Below, one piece after another: positions 1 through 13,649 of a DNA stretch of 64,000 bases. A model generated the notes under the pieces. The model searched no databases. It was not told the DNA's origin and saw only the letters and a list, made by a program, of their open reading frames with translations. The stretch lies in assembly GCA_030390025.1 (NCBI GenBank), contig CM059425.1, forward strand, positions 112,716,001 to 112,780,000, in the 5' to 3' direction. Source of the stretch: Squalus acanthias (Eukaryota). A program made the translations under genes and the position numbers. The stretch's first letter is position 1. Each line of letters starts with the position of its first letter.

Positions 1-1003
1 AAAAGTGACATTTGCCTTTCTGAAAACATCACCCTTTTAGAGTGACAACTGGCCATCTCAATGATCAGCAGCGGCCACAATAACCTACACTTGTGTAATG
101 CCATTAGCATAGCAAAATATCCCAAGCAGATGGGAAAAGGTTCAGGCACAAAGCAAGAGTTGGGAGAAATGACTGAATGTGACGAGATGACTTTAGGAAG
201 TGGGGAGAAATGTAACAAATGGTGGAGTTTAGGAAGAGATTCCAGTCCCAAAGCAGGAGGAACTTGTAGATAATACAACTGGATCATGCATGTCTCAATA
301 ATGATGAACTCAACTGTTCTTCTGAATAAAATTACAAAATGGTTTCACTTCCAAGGGTTGATCTTTCTTGGCATTGGTAATTAATCACATCTGCTCTACG
401 CTAGACTACTCTAAACTTGGTGATCCTTTAGAGAGCTCGACCCTACTTGGTGCTGTTAACCTTTGATGCTGTAAAAAGATGTATGCGCTCAGTGATGGAA
501 TATTGTAGGCCCTTTCAGCAGTTTTTCGAGAGAACACATTTGTACGTGCCTGAACTCCTTGAAGTCCAAAGCCATAGAGCCACCAGACATGAGCGTGGTC
601 TTTGTGCCAGAGTACATTTCTGTGTTTACCAAGGAGATTTAACTGGACATTCACTTCTACACAACATTTTGACCAGACTTGAGTTGGTTGTGTTGACATC
701 AGATCCGAATTTTATGCCAGGAACACAATGGTTTGTTTCAAACCAAAAAGTGTGGAAGTCGCATCAAGGGTAAAGCTTCACCTATCACCTCTTCTGCCTG
801 TGGAACTCTAGCCCACCTACACAGAAGTTAAATTGCATAATTCAGTAATACTTGCTGAATTACAGTTCCTGCAGCATCCATTAACCTATGGGAAATCTGT
901 TGACTCTTGGTATCTCGGTACAATTTCCCCAAACCTTTCAAATACTTCAGGCAATCACCAGGTTCAAACTTGTTAGAGATCTGTCCTTGTTACAGTTGTC
1001 TTA

Positions 1004-1489
1004 AATGAGAAGTCGCACAACACCAGGTTATAGTCCAACAGTTTTATTTGAAATCACGAGCTTTCGGAGCGCTGCTCCTTCGTCAGGTAAAGTGAGGGAA
1101 TACAAATCAGCAAAGCATATATAGACAGAGAACAATGTGTTTCTGACTGCCCTCCATCACACCACCTCGGCAGAGATACAATCAGTCAGGAAGGCATTAC
1201 ATCAAAGACACAGCAAAATACAGCTAAGACAATGAGGTGGTGTCACAGGGGGTCCAACGTGCCTTCCTGACTGATTGTATCTCTGCCGAGGTGTGTGATG
1301 GAGGGCAGTCAGAAACACATTGTTCTCTGTCTATATATGCTTTGCTGATTTGTATTCCCTCACTTTACCTGACGAAGGAGCAGCAGCTCCGAAAGCTCGT
1401 AATTTTAAATAAAACTGTTGGACTATAACCTGGTGTTGTGCGACTTCTCATTTTTGTCCACCCCAGTCCAACACCGGCATCTCCACATC
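1004..1489 (+). mobile_element. Non-coding Penelope-like element remnant: inverted partial pLTR, spacer, pLTR and 36-nt tail
   Basis: 1004-1196 is the reverse complement of 1260-1452; 12-bp direct repeat ACAGTTGTCTTA at 992-1003 and 1490-1501 (TSD); hammerhead motif in each arm. Confidence 0.8.
1365..1402 (+). ncRNA. Minimal hammerhead ribozyme motif (PLE type); antisense copy at 1054-1090
   Basis: TTAC-CTGACGA-A-GGAGC(agca)GCTCC-GAAA-GCTC-GTAA: core CUGANGA/GAAA, stem II, stem I TTAC/GTAA, palindromic AGCT in place of stem III. Confidence 0.75.
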
Positions 1490-3229
1490 ACAGTTGTCTT
1501 AGACTGTTATGCAATCTCATCTCTTAAAAAAAAAAACAAGGCCAAATTAAGGCATATCACTAATACATGTACACAAGAAAAGGCACAGCTATCTGACTGG
1601 AAGAAATTTCCTCAAATTAAGTGAGCATTTTTTGGGGTTGACCTTATTTGTCGGGAAGTGCCTGGACAATTCCATGTTGACCTCATTTCAGAACAATCTC
1701 CCGTTGTGAGCAAACTAGCGTAGTAGGAAGGTCTAGTTTACCTAAACTGACACTTAAGCAGCTGGTCTGTTTACTGCAGATTCTTTCACGCTAACAAAAT
1801 TACACCCTGAAATCTAATGCAGTAATAGTCAGTGTTGGAGGCCTGAGAGAGTTAAAGTAGTCCACCAGGATAAGAGGTTCCTTTTAATTAAGATTGTGGA
1901 AAACACTGAGTGTGGGCATAAGCAATGTAAACGTACCAGCAAATTTGTAGAGTAGACCGTATTTTTCCTACCTGCTGCTATCCACATGTACTCGGGACCA
2001 GATGATTGAACTCCCTATTCAGTGTTTTCTTTGCCTTGTTTTTGAAGTGCCTGCAAGTGCATAAGTGCACGGCTTGGTAATTTATGTATTTTTTTAAAGC
2101 AAAAGTTTGATGGCGGGGCTAGGTTACAAACAACCATAATTCAGTGTATCTCTGTGTGTACTGAGCTAAGAAAATAAATGGTTGTGGTAGATGAAGAACT
2201 ATGTGAGCACGAGGGAGATTTTTATTGCAACAATCATGTAAGGTTACTTAGTAACCGTCTTAAATCACACCAGTGTATTGTGAACATAGATAGCAAAGTT
2301 TAGAAAAGAATGCATAAAGAAATTTTGTGGTTGGAATAAATTTGCATAAATTGGTTGCTTGGAAGAAAAATGGAACTTGCAGATGCATTTCCGCTGCACT
2401 TGCTCTGTTGTTTAAATGTATATTGCTTTACTTGTACCAATGTAAAAATTGCATCAGCAAATTCAGCCCTGCAGAATATATGTGGTCCAGTTGTACTTAA
2501 TCCCACTGTATCAGCAAAAATAGTTCAGTTGCATTTTTTATCTGGTTTCTGTCCAGTGTGCAGAAAATTAAAAAGTAAATATGTTGGACTGTTTAAGCAA
2601 TCACTTACAATGCAGTGTGCCGGTGCTGGCCGCTGTTTGTTTATACTGCTCTGTTGACTATGAAGCCTCATTTGTTAGTCTCCTCGTACAACAATCTGTT
2701 TTTGAAGAATTCAAGATTATTATCACTCTGGGCACTACAAGTCTCCAATCTCTTTACTGCATCACTGTCACTGTAGAGTGATGCCTTCTTGCACTACTTG
2801 TAAACTATGGGGAATGTACTTCTGAAATACACCAAGCTACTACATGGCCAGATGATGAATACAGTGCCCCCCTTTAAGGCACAGCGCTGTAAAATAAATG
2901 AGGCACACTGTTGTCTTCGATACACCTGAAAATGCCACCGTGTTTTTCTGGTAACCGGCAGTTTGAGTGCTCTGCCTACCCATACAAATTGGGCCAGAAA
3001 TGAAGCAGCATGCGTGCTTGTTTTGATTGTTCCTGTGGTGCTCAAAGTTGCCCTGCAAGATCAGCAGCTTTGGGGATTAGAATACTGCTGCTTCTTCAAG
3101 TGGTTCTATAATATAAAGAAACTAAATGAGAGGATAGTCTGGATCCCTGGTTAATGCACATTTGTAAGAAAGGTGTAAAAAGTGTACACCGAGACCTATT
3201 TTTAGACAGAGGTGAATTACCAGTTGGGT

Positions 3230-3450
3230 GGCATTAATTGACGAAGGAACGTTGGCTAGGACACCAGGCGAACTCCCTGTTCTTATAGTGCCATGGGACT
3301 TTTGAACAAATTGCCAGAACAGACTTATTTAATGGCACTTCTGATATTGCTACATTACCTTGAGCAGCACGGGAATGTCAGCCTAGATTATGTGCTCGGG
3401 TCCTTGTGTCAAGCTGGGATCCACAAGCTTTTGCCTCCGAGTTGAGCATG
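3230..3450 (-). mobile_element. Degraded DeuSINE (SacSINE1-like) copy
   Basis: Reverse-complement similarity to 5320-5645 (ggacaccagg...gtgccatggga, cctagattatgtgctc). Confidence 0.6.
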
Positions 3451-3695
3451 CTACCAACGACGCTGGGCCCTATTTTAACATGGTGATATGTGGACCAGTT
3501 GTAAAGATGGGCTGAGTAACGGCAGATGGATTTTAACATGAAAAAAAATGTTTCACGTTATTTGCAAATAATGTTAAAGGGTTCATTTAAAAAAAAACAC
3601 ATATATGCTAATTGGCAAAGGAGGAAAAAGGATTTGGGTGTTATGAACCAGTCATTGAAAATATACTGTCAATAGGAAGCTGTCATCAACTGGGT

Positions 3696-4010
3696 TAACA
3701 ACAACAACTTGCATTTATATAGCACCTTTTTTAAACGCAGGAAAATATTCCAAGGTTCTTCACAGGATTGCAATCAGACAAAAATTGGGGCCAGGCCAAA
3801 CGAGGGGATATTAGATTGGGGGTGGCTAATAGCTTGGTCAAAGAGGTAGGTTTTAAGGAGCATCTTGAAGGAGGAGGGAGAGGCGGAGAAATTTAGGGAT
3901 GGGATTTCAGAGCTGATGGCCTAGACGACTGAAGGCATAGTTGCCAATGGTGGGGCGAAGTGAGTAGGGGATGCACAAACGGCCAGAGTTGGAGAACCGC
4001 AGAGTCATTG
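3696..4010 (-). mobile_element. L2 LINE 3' fragment
   Basis: (AAC)n tail plus ttgcatttatatagcac; reverse complement of the L2 3' end at 45180-45565. Confidence 0.65.
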
Positions 4011-5319
4011 CAATCCTATATAACCTGCTGGTAAAGCTATATTTAAAATGTTGTTTTGGGAACGTAACTTCAAGAGCAAATTTGAGGACTTGGGTTTTAA
4101 GTTATAAGGCGCACACGCAACTGAAAATTGGAGAAAAAGTAGGTTAAAAATTGGATATAATCCACTTTAAGTAATGCTCGAAGACAAATAATGGAGATTA
4201 TTTATCTTAAACTAATTACAAAAATAATGAGCATGAATACTCAATTAGCAAGCTTTCAGTGAAGCTATAAAACAGAATGAAGAAAGATGCAGAATAAACA
4301 CCCATTCAAACCAGTTAATGCTGTGTAAAAACCTGTTGAAGAAGCAGCTGGCTGAATAATTGGTGAATGGGATTAAAGGCAACAAGTAGGGCAAGTGGTT
4401 TGTTCTTGGATCATTTTTACAGCTTCTAGAGACTATGCAAAATTATGGTACTCTGGCAGCAAATCACGCTACATACGGTAAGTATAGAAATTTGCGATCT
4501 GTTGTGGGATCTCGTGCTGTGCAAACTATTAGTTCTAGTTATAAGCCCATTGTATGGACCCCTGATCCTGCCTCGTTGGCAGCGGAGGTTTGACAGCTAA
4601 AATACAACCAGAGCGAACATTTAGCTTGTAACATTAGATTGATATTCTGATATTTTTCACCTGATTTACCTTTGGGAATCAGGTGGGAAATGTCCCAGTT
4701 TTTTTTTTCTTGGAAATTTTACTTGTTCATATTGCTGAAGAAGTTCATTAATTTGGGAGGGTGTTACAGCGCTAATTGTAAATGAATTTTTAGGAGTGAT
4801 GTCAAGGGCTCTTTTCTCATTCTTGTAGTATGCTGCAGAGATTTAGGCAACACACACATTTCATTTAATAAAAGCATTCACTGTAACCCAGGCCCTAGAA
4901 AACATAATTATGATAAAAAAATACCCCTGCTCCCATGTGAAATGTTTATTGTGTGCAGTTATGAAATCCTACCATAAACAATCTGGCAGTACCTGTGTTC
5001 TTCTACTGTCTCCACATCGAATACTCAATAAAGGACTGTGGAATTTAATTGTCCCTAATGCTCCTGATTTTTCTTGGCAGCCACAACGTAATATCAGCAA
5101 TTAAAGTTAATCTTAACTTTTAACTATCCTTCAAAAAATACAAAAGTGGTTGCGTAAGCAGGGCTACCTGCGATTCTCAGTAATGAGTATGAACGATATT
5201 GGTTGCTGGGAGTTGTGCTTCTGTGGAACAGGAGTCGCCCTGACTAATGTTCTTGGCCACCAGAGTGCATTAAATTACCTGACTCTCCTACAATGGCACA
5301 ACCAAGAAGTGAATGAAGT

Positions 5320-5645
5320 GCCGGCTTGTTGCATTCTTGCCTCCGAGTCATAGGTTTGTGGGTTCAAGCGCAACTCTAAGACTTGAGCACATATTCTATG
5401 CTGACATTTCAGTGCAATATTGAGGGGCTGCTGCATTGTCAGAGATGCCATCATCTGAGATGGAAATATTAAACTGAAGTCCTGTTTGCCTGTGCAGGTG
5501 GGCATAAAAGATCATTGTTCAACCAAGATTTATCTCTCACCCAACACTACCAAAACAGATTAACTCAACCCATTGCTGTTTGTGAGATCTTGCATTGTGC
5601 AAATTAGCTGCTGCATCTGCCTGCCATGACTACACTTCAAAAATA
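5320..5645 (+). mobile_element. DeuSINE (SacSINE1-like, tRNA-derived); its 3' tail resumes at about 8154-8225 after a LINE insertion
   Basis: B-box-like gggttcaagc, Deu-like core aaagatc...tgtgcaaattagctgc; tail ttggctgtgatgctctttg...aaaggtgctat matches the intact tail at 19013-19075. Confidence 0.7.
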
Positions 5646-5649
5646 TATA

Positions 5650-8153
5650 TTTTTTAATTCGTTCCTGGGATGTGGGCGTCGCTGGCAAGGCCAGCATTTA
5701 TTGCCCATCCCTAGTTGCCCTTGAGAAGGTGGTGGTGAGCCGCTTTCTTGAACCGCTGCAGTCCATGCGATGAAGGTACTCCCACAGTGCTGTTAGGTAG
5801 GGAGTTCCAGGATTTTGACCCAGCGACAATGAAGGATCGGCGATATACTTCCAAGTCAGGATGGTGTGTGACTTGGAGGGGAACTTGGAGGTGGTGGTGT
5901 TCCCATGCGCCTGCTGCTCTTGACCTTCTAGGTGGAAGAGGTTGTGGGTTTGGGAGGTGCTTCCGAAGAAGCATTGGCGAGTTGCTGCAGTGCATCTTGT
6001 AGATGGTACACACTGCAGCCACGGTACGCCGGTGATGGAGGGAGTGAATGTTTAAGGTGGTCGATGGTGTGCCAATCAAGTGGGCTACTTTGTCCTGGAT
6101 GGTGTCGAGCTTCTTGTGTGTTGTTGGAGCTGCACTCATCCAGGCAAGTGGAGATTATTCCATCACACTACTTACTTGTGCCTTGTAGATGGTGGAAAGA
6201 CTTTTGGGGAGTCAGGTGGTGAGACACTCGCAGCAGAATACCTGGCCTCTGACCGGCTCTTGTTGCCACAGTATTTATGTGGCTGGTCCAGTTAAGTTTC
6301 TGGTCAATGGTGACCCCCAGGATGTTGGTGGTGGGGGATTCGGCGATGGTAATGCCGTTGAATGTCAAAGGGAGGAGGCCAGACTCTCTCTTGTTGGAGA
6401 TGGTCATTGCCTAGCACTTCTGTGGCGTGAATGTTACTTGCCACTTATCAGCCCAAGCCTGAGTGTTGTCCGGGTCGTGCTGCATGCAGGTATGGACTGC
6501 TTCATTATCTGAGGATTAGCGAATGGAACTGAACGCTGCAATCATCAGTGAACATCCAAACTTCTGACCTTATGATGGAGGGAAGGTCATTGATGAAGCA
6601 GCTGAAGATAGTTGGGCCTAGGACACTGCCCTGAGGAACTCCTGCAGCGATGTCCTAGGGCAGAGATGATTGGCCCCCAACAACCACAACCATCTTCCTT
6701 TGTGATAGGTATGACTCCAGCCAGTGGAGAGTATTCCCCCTGATTCCCATTGACTTTAATTTTACTAGGGCTCCTTGATGCCACACTCAGTCAAATGCTG
6801 CCTTGATGCCAAGGGCCGTTACTCTCACCTCACCTCTGTAATTCAGATCTTTTGTCCATGTTTGGACCAAGGCTGTAATGAGGGCTGGAGCCGAGTGGTC
6901 CAGACGGAACCCAAACTGAGCATTGGTGAGTAAGTGTCGCTTAATGGCACTGTCAACGACACCTTCCATCACTATACTGATGATTGAGGCTGGGAATGTT
7001 CATGGAGCCTCCACCTCCCCTTAGTTGTTTAATTGTCAACGACTGGATTTGACAAGACTGCAGAGCTTTGATCTGATCCGTTGGTTGTGGGATCCCTTAG
7101 CTCTGTTTAGTATGCCTGTAGTCCCTTTGTTGTAGCTTCACCAGGATGGCACCTCATTTTTAGGTATGTCTGGTGCTGCTCCTGGCATGCTCTTCTATAC
7201 TCCTCTTAGAACCAGGTTTGTTTCCCTGGCTTGATGGTAATGGTAGAGTGAGGGATATGCCGGGCCATGAGGTTACAGATTGTGGTGGAATACAATTCTG
7301 CTGCTGCTGATGGCCCACAGCACCTCATGGCTGCCCAGTTTTGAGCTGCTAGATCTGTTCTGAATCTATCCCCTTTAGCACTGTGGTCGTGCACCCAACA
7401 CGATGGAGGGTGCCCTCAGTGTAAAGATGGGACTTCATCTCCACAAGGACTGTGGGGTGGTCACTGCACTGCTACCAATACTATCATGGACAGATGCATC
7501 TGCGACAGGTAGATTGGTGAGGACGAGGTCAAGTAGGTTTTTCCCTCGTGTTGGTTTTCACCATCTGCTGCAGGTCCAGTCTGGCAGCTATGTCTTTCAG
7601 GACTCGGCCAGCTCGGTCAGTAGTGGTGCTACCGAGCCACTCTTGGTGATGGACATTGAAGTCCCCCACCCAGAGTACATTTTGTGCCCTTGCTACTCTC
7701 AGTGCTTCTTCCAAGTGGTGTTCAAATGGAGGAGTACTGATTCATCAGCTGAGGGAGGGCGGTGCGCGGTAATCAGCAGGAGGTTTCCTTGTTCATGTTT
7801 GACCTGATGCCATGAGACTTCATGGGGTCCGGAGTCAATGTTGAGGACTCCCAGGGCCACTTCTTCTCTGGTGGGTCTGTCCTGCCGGTGGGACAGGGCA
7901 TACACAAGGATAATGATGGAGGAGTCTGGAACGTTGGCTGAAAGGTATGATTCTGCGAGTATGACTATGTCAGGCTGTTGCTTGACTAGTCTGTGGGACA
8001 GCTCTCCCAATTTTGGCACAAGTCCCCAGATGTTAGTGAGGAGGACTTTCCGGGGTTGACTGGGAGTGTGCCTTTGTCGTGTCCGAATCCGGTGCCGAGG
8101 TTGATGCTGGGTGGTCCGTCCAATTTTATTCTTATTGTTTTTCCTAGTGGTTT
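5650..8153 (-). mobile_element. CR1/Zenon-like LINE (family B), decayed, APE endonuclease and RT, with internal deletion
   Basis: ORF pieces DIVILAESYL, VLWVGDFNVHH, AQFGFR, IKAAFD, KLDTIQDK; same family as 22013-24510 and 32968-36091; poly-A end at 5650. Confidence 0.85.
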
Positions 8154-8431
8154 GTTGGCTGTGATGCTCTTTGCAATATCTTGAGGATGCAAAGGTGCTA
8201 TTACATATGCCTCTTTATTTCCTTCTCTCTGAATTTAGTTGAGACTAAAAGTTATTGAGGCTTGTTTTTCAACTTTTAGGAGTCAACTAAATTTACTGAT
8301 TGAGTGATCCTAGGTACTATTTTGGTTTTCTTTTTGGAGTTTAGGTTCATTATTACTGCTGTACGTTGTCCATGATTTTTTCTTTAATTTGTCTTCTGTC
8401 TAGTGTATATAACGTGCATGTCACACATAAT

Positions 8432-9089
8432 GGGCTGGATTTTGTCTTCGGGTCGGGTTGGGGTCGTGTCATCCGCATTTCGTGTTATCCACCCGCCTGC
8501 AATTGGATGTGGGAGATTGATGCAATTTTCACTTAATTGGGCAATTGAGTTCCAGCATGTGGGAACCCATGAACCAATTAGTGTTTTCAGTGTGAAAGTC
8601 GCCTCTGATGATGTCATCATTGCTGACTGCCTGGTTTCAGAGACAGTCTGGCTGTTGGTGAGAGAGGACCTGCCTGGCTTTTGATGTGAGTGGACCTGGA
8701 TGCAGAGAGAGAGAGTGAATATAAATATATACCTTCATCACATCTCCGTTGTAATAGTGGACCTGCAGCTGATAGTCAGCTATCCACTTGTGCTCCCGCC
8801 AGGCTTCACTGGCGTGTTTCACATCAGGCGTACTTCACGTCGGAAAAGGGTTAAATTAGCTAAAACGTTTCAAAATGGCATTACAGAGCCAATTTAGGGC
8901 TTGTTAAAGGCTTTAATGGCCTCTCCCGCCTCTTGGAGGCGGGACGGAGTCGGGAACCCCGCGACTGATTTTGTCAAAATTTCGTGGAGGCGGGATGGAG
9001 TCGGGATGGGGTCGGGACCCCCGACCCCGCAAATTTAACCCCCCACACGCCTCCAAACCCGACTCCATGGGTCATTCAAAATCCAGCCC
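8432..9089. mobile_element. MITE with 12-bp TIR GGGCTGGATTTT (probably Harbinger-derived)
   Basis: TIR at both ends; near-identical copy at 17307-18080; TSD not cleanly resolved. Confidence 0.8.
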
Positions 9090-9368
9090 GTTATGTATGT
9101 TCAAGAAATCATCCATCACTTTTCGGACTGGCTTAAATAAAAAAAATCTGCTGATGATTTTCTCAAATATGCAAGAGGTAGGAAATGCTGTGACTACCAG
9201 TTACCAAGGAGAAACCTACACAAACCCATCCAAACAAATTGGTCATTTCTTTTCCCCAATGTTACCAACTGGGAACCAGAAACTGACAAAAAGAACCAAA
9301 TTGCTCAAACAATTTTTTTTTCAAACTGCTTTTGGTTGCCCTTTTCCTTCCTCAAATCAGGTGAAATA

Positions 9369-12300
9369 ATAGAAACATAGAACATAGAAAATAGGTACAG
9401 GAGTAGACCATTCGGTCCTTCGAGCCTGCACCGCCATTCAATGCGTTCATGGCTGAACATGCTACCTCAGTACCCCATTCCTGCTTTCTCGCCATACCCC
9501 TTGATCCCCCTAGTTTTGAGTGTTATATCTAACTCCCTTTTGAATATATTTAGCGAACTGGCCTCAACAACCTTCTGTGGAAGAGAATTCCATAGATTCA
9601 CCACTCTCTGGGTGAAGAAGTTCCTCCTCAGCTCAGTCTTAAATGGCTTCCCCTTAATCCTTAGACTGTGACCCCTGGTTCTAGTTTTCCCTAACATTGG
9701 GAACATTCTGCCCGCATCTAATTTGTCTAAACCAGTCAGGATTTTAAATGTCTCTATAAGATCCCCCCTCATTCTTCTGAACTCCAGAGGATACAAGTTC
9801 AGTTGACCCAATCTTTCTTGATATGTCAGTCCGGCCATCCCAGGAATCAATCTAGTGAACCTTCGCTGCACTCCCTCAATAGCAAGAATGTCCTTCCTTA
9901 AGTTAGGAGACCAAAACTGCGCACAATACTCCAGGTGTGGCCTCACCAAGGCCCTGTACAACTGCAGCATCACCTCCCTACTCCTGTACTCAAATCCCCT
10001 TACTATGAAGGCCATCATTCCGTTTGCTTTCTTGACTGCCTGCTGCACTTGCATTCCCACCTTCAGTGACTGATGTACCATGACGCCCAGGTCTCGTTGC
10101 ACCTCCCCTTTCCCTAATCTGCCACCATTCAGGAAATAGTCCGCCTCTCTATTTTTACCACCAAAGTGGATAACCTCACATTTATCCACATTGTACTTCA
10201 TCTGCCATACATTTGCCCATTCACCCAACCTGTCCAAGTCACTCTGTAGCCTCCTAGCATCCTCCTCATTGTTCACACTGCCTCCCAATTTAGTGTCATC
10301 TGCAAATTTGGAGATATTACATTTAATCCCTTCGTCCAAATCATTAATATATAATGTAAACAGCTGGGGTCCCAGCACTGAACCCTGCGGTACCCCGCTG
10401 GTCACTGCCTGCCATTCTGAAAAGTACCCATTTACTCCTACTCTTTGTTTCCTGTGTGCCAACCAGTTCTCAATCCACGTCAACACATTACCCCCAATCC
10501 CATGTGCTTTAACTTTGCTCACCAATCTCTTGTGTGGGACCTTGTCGAAGGCCTTCTGAAAGTCCAAATACACCACATCTACTGGTTCCCCCCTGTCCAC
10601 CCTATTGGAAACATCCTCAAAAAATTCCAGAAGATTTGTCAAGCATGATTTCCCTTTCACAAATCCATGCTGACTTGGACCTATCATGTCGCCACTTTCC
10701 AAATGGTCTGTTATGACATCTTTAATAATTGCTTCCATCATTTTACCCACGACCGATGTCAGGCTGACCGGTCTATAATTCCCTGCTTTCTCCCTCCCTC
10801 CTTTTTTAAAAAGAGGGGTTACATTGGCCACCCTCCACTCCATCGGAACTGATCCAGAGTCTAAGGAATGTTGGAAAATGATCGTCAATGCATCCACTAT
10901 TTCCAAGGCCACCTCCTTAAGTACTCTGGGATGCAGACCATCAGGCCCCGGGGATTTTTCAGCCTTCAGTCCCATCAATTTCCCCAATACCTTTTCCCGA
11001 CTAATAAGGATTTCCCTCAGCTCCTCCCTCTTACCAGATCCTCTGACCCCTTTTATTTCCGGCAGGTTGTGTGTGTCCTCCACAGTAAACACCGAACCAA
11101 AGTACTTGTTCAATTGATCTGCCATTTCCTTGTTCCCCATTACGACTTGCCCTGTTTCCGACTGCAGGGGACCTACGTTTATTTTTACTAACCTCTTTCT
11201 TTTTACATATTTATAGAAGCTTTTGCAGTCCATTTTAATGTTCTCTGCAAGCTTCCTTTCATATTTTATTTTCCCTGCCCTAATCAAACCCTTCGTCCTC
11301 CTTTGCTGAGTTTTGAAGTTCTCCCAGTCCCCGGGTTTGCTGCTACTTCTGGCCAATTTGTATGCAACTTCCTTGGTTTTAATACTATCCCTGATTTCCC
11401 TTGTTAGCCATGGTTGAGCCACCTTCCCTTTTTTATTTTTACGCCAGACCGGGATGTACAATTGTTGTAGTTCATCCATGCGATCTCTAAATGTCTGCCA
11501 TTGCCCTTCCACTCATAGCCCCTTAAATATCGCTTGCCAATTTAACCTCGCCAATTTACGCCTCATACCATCAAAGTTGCCCTTATTTAAGTTCTGGACC
11601 ATGGTCTCTGACTTAACTGTTTCCTTCTCCATCCTAATGTAGAACTCCACCATACTATGGTCACTCTTCCCCAGGGGGCCTCGTACCACAAGATTGCTGA
11701 TTAGTCCTTCCTCATTACACAACACCCAGTCCAGGATGGCCTCCCCTCGAGTTGGTTCCTCAACATATTGGTTTAGGAAACCATCCCTTAAACACTCCAG
11801 GAAATCCTCCTCCACCGTATTGCTTCCAGTTTGAGTAGCCCAATCTATATGCATATTAAAGTCACCCATGATAACTGCCGTGCCTTTTTTGCACGCACCT
11901 CTGATTTCCTGTTTCATACCCTCCCCCACCTCACCACTGCTGTTTGGAGGTCTGTACACAACTCCCACTAACGTTTTCTGCCCTTTGGTGTTCTGCAGCT
12001 CAACCCATATTGATTCCACATCCTCCAAGCTGATGTCCTTCCTAGCTATTGCATTAATCTCCTCTTTAACCAGCAATGCTACCCCACCCCCTTTTCCTTT
12101 TATTCTATCCTTTCTGAATGTTGAATACCCCTGGATGTTCAGTTCCCAGCCTTGATTGTTCTGGAGCCAAGTCTCTGTAATCCCAATCACATCGTATCCG
12201 TTAACATCTATTTGCACAGTCAATTCATCCACCTTATTACGGATACTCCTTGCATTAAGACACAGAGCCTTTAGGCTTATTTTATTAACATCCTTTGTCC

Positions 12301-12660
12301 TTTTAGACTTATGATTTAGTATGGCCCTTTGTGTTTCTTGCCTTTGTTTACTCGGCCTTCCCCTATTGTTTCTCACCCTTCTAACATTTGTTTCTGACTG
12401 CATATTACTTCCCCCTGTTTCGCTACATAGGTTCCCATTCCCCTGCCATATTAGTTTAAATCCTCCCGAACTGCTTTAGCAAATATTACCCCGAGGACAT
12501 CGGTTCCAGTCCTGCCCAAGTGCAGACCGTCCCTTTTGTACAGGTCCCACTTCCCCCAGAACTGGTTCCAATGCCTCAGGAATTTGAATCCCTCCCTCCT
12601 GCACCACTGCTCAAGCCACGTATTCAATCTCACTATCCTGTTCTCTCTATTCTGATTAGC
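9369..12660 (-). mobile_element. CR1 LINE, 5'-truncated within ORF1; ORF2 complete except for one in-frame stop
   Basis: ORF1 SGNH-esterase C-terminus (DGLHL, 12451-12633); EN 11513-12403 (LNARS, ITETW, GDFN, SDH) in the same frame as RT 9467-11512 (QGSVLGP, FADD); (TTCTATGT)n-type tail at 9369-9390. Confidence 0.93.
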
Positions 12661-12872
12661 TCGTATTAGCTAATATTTATAAAGTAAATACATGTCAGTA
12701 AATTTGCCCTCTTTATAGCATTGGGCAAATCGCTGTCATGTTTTGATCCAGCTACGACTGAGGTAAACCAGAAAAATCCTCTTCAGGTCCCAGACTAGCA
12801 ATGAGTCAGGCCATGAGGAATTCATCAATTATAAAATGATGTGTCTTTATAATAAAAACTCTACGGAGAAGC

Positions 12873-13649
12873 TGTAAGATCCGGATCACAGGCCACACAC
12901 AGATTACCCAAAAGGGTTTTAGAAGTTGTAAGGCTTTTATTAAAGAGCTACAGTTTTAAAGCACAATCAGATATTACATATGGTTTAAGCTGAGTATAAT
13001 AGACATACAACCCGTGACAGTAGAGAGCGATCTACGACTCCCGAATCGGAATGCCACGACCGGACGGACGGGGAGGCAATACGGTGGTCTCAGATTGGTT
13101 GGATTCCTGCAGTCTGCTGCAGCGGTCACTTCCGTTGGGTCATCTCTCGAGCTGTTGGAGGTGTTAGGCCGTCAGTCACCTCAGAGGCTAAACTTGACCA
13201 AGGTGTTAGGCCGTAGCCACCTCGGGGAAGCCTTCGCCCCTAACTGCCTGATTTCCTCTCTCGGTCGTCTATATTTATAGTTATTTCGGTGGGCTGGTAA
13301 TCACCTGGTGTCAATCATTTGATCCCCCATCCTATTGTCCAATTGTGAAGCGGGAAGGCATCCCTCGCCGTCCCTTTCTGCATGACTGACGAGGCCTCCC
13401 TCTTATCTTTCTGAGGAATGTTTTGTTATGTTTCTTTAAGGACATTTTATGACTTTTTGGCTCCATTTTTGTCTTTTTATCCCCCACCCTGTGTTTTGCA
13501 TTTTACGATTCCCTTATCACTTCTATTTGTCTTTTGATGCTTGATATTCGACCTTGCTGGCATTTCTGCTATCTGTTCCCGGCTGCATGTTGTCAGTCTC
13601 TGTTCTAAGAATTAAAACCCATCTTTGACTCTAACCGCTATTTCTTACA
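12873..13649 (-). mobile_element. Solo LTR (777 bp), ERV or Gypsy type, antisense to GLDC
   Basis: TGTAAGA...TCTTACA inverted termini; 4-bp TSD AAGC (12869-12872 and 13650-13653); minus-strand TATAAATA near 13272-13279 and AATAAA at 12936-12941 in the expected order. Confidence 0.8.

Noticed and set aside
11513-11515. Programmed readthrough or selenocysteine TGA in CR1 ORF2
   Set aside because: The paralogous CR1 at 43952-44515 has a sense codon here (GLTADKQW); a simple nonsense mutation is more likely
9855-11642. Multiple + strand ORFs over the CR1, and similar shadows over other LINEs
   Set aside because: Antisense shadow frames of RT coding sequence
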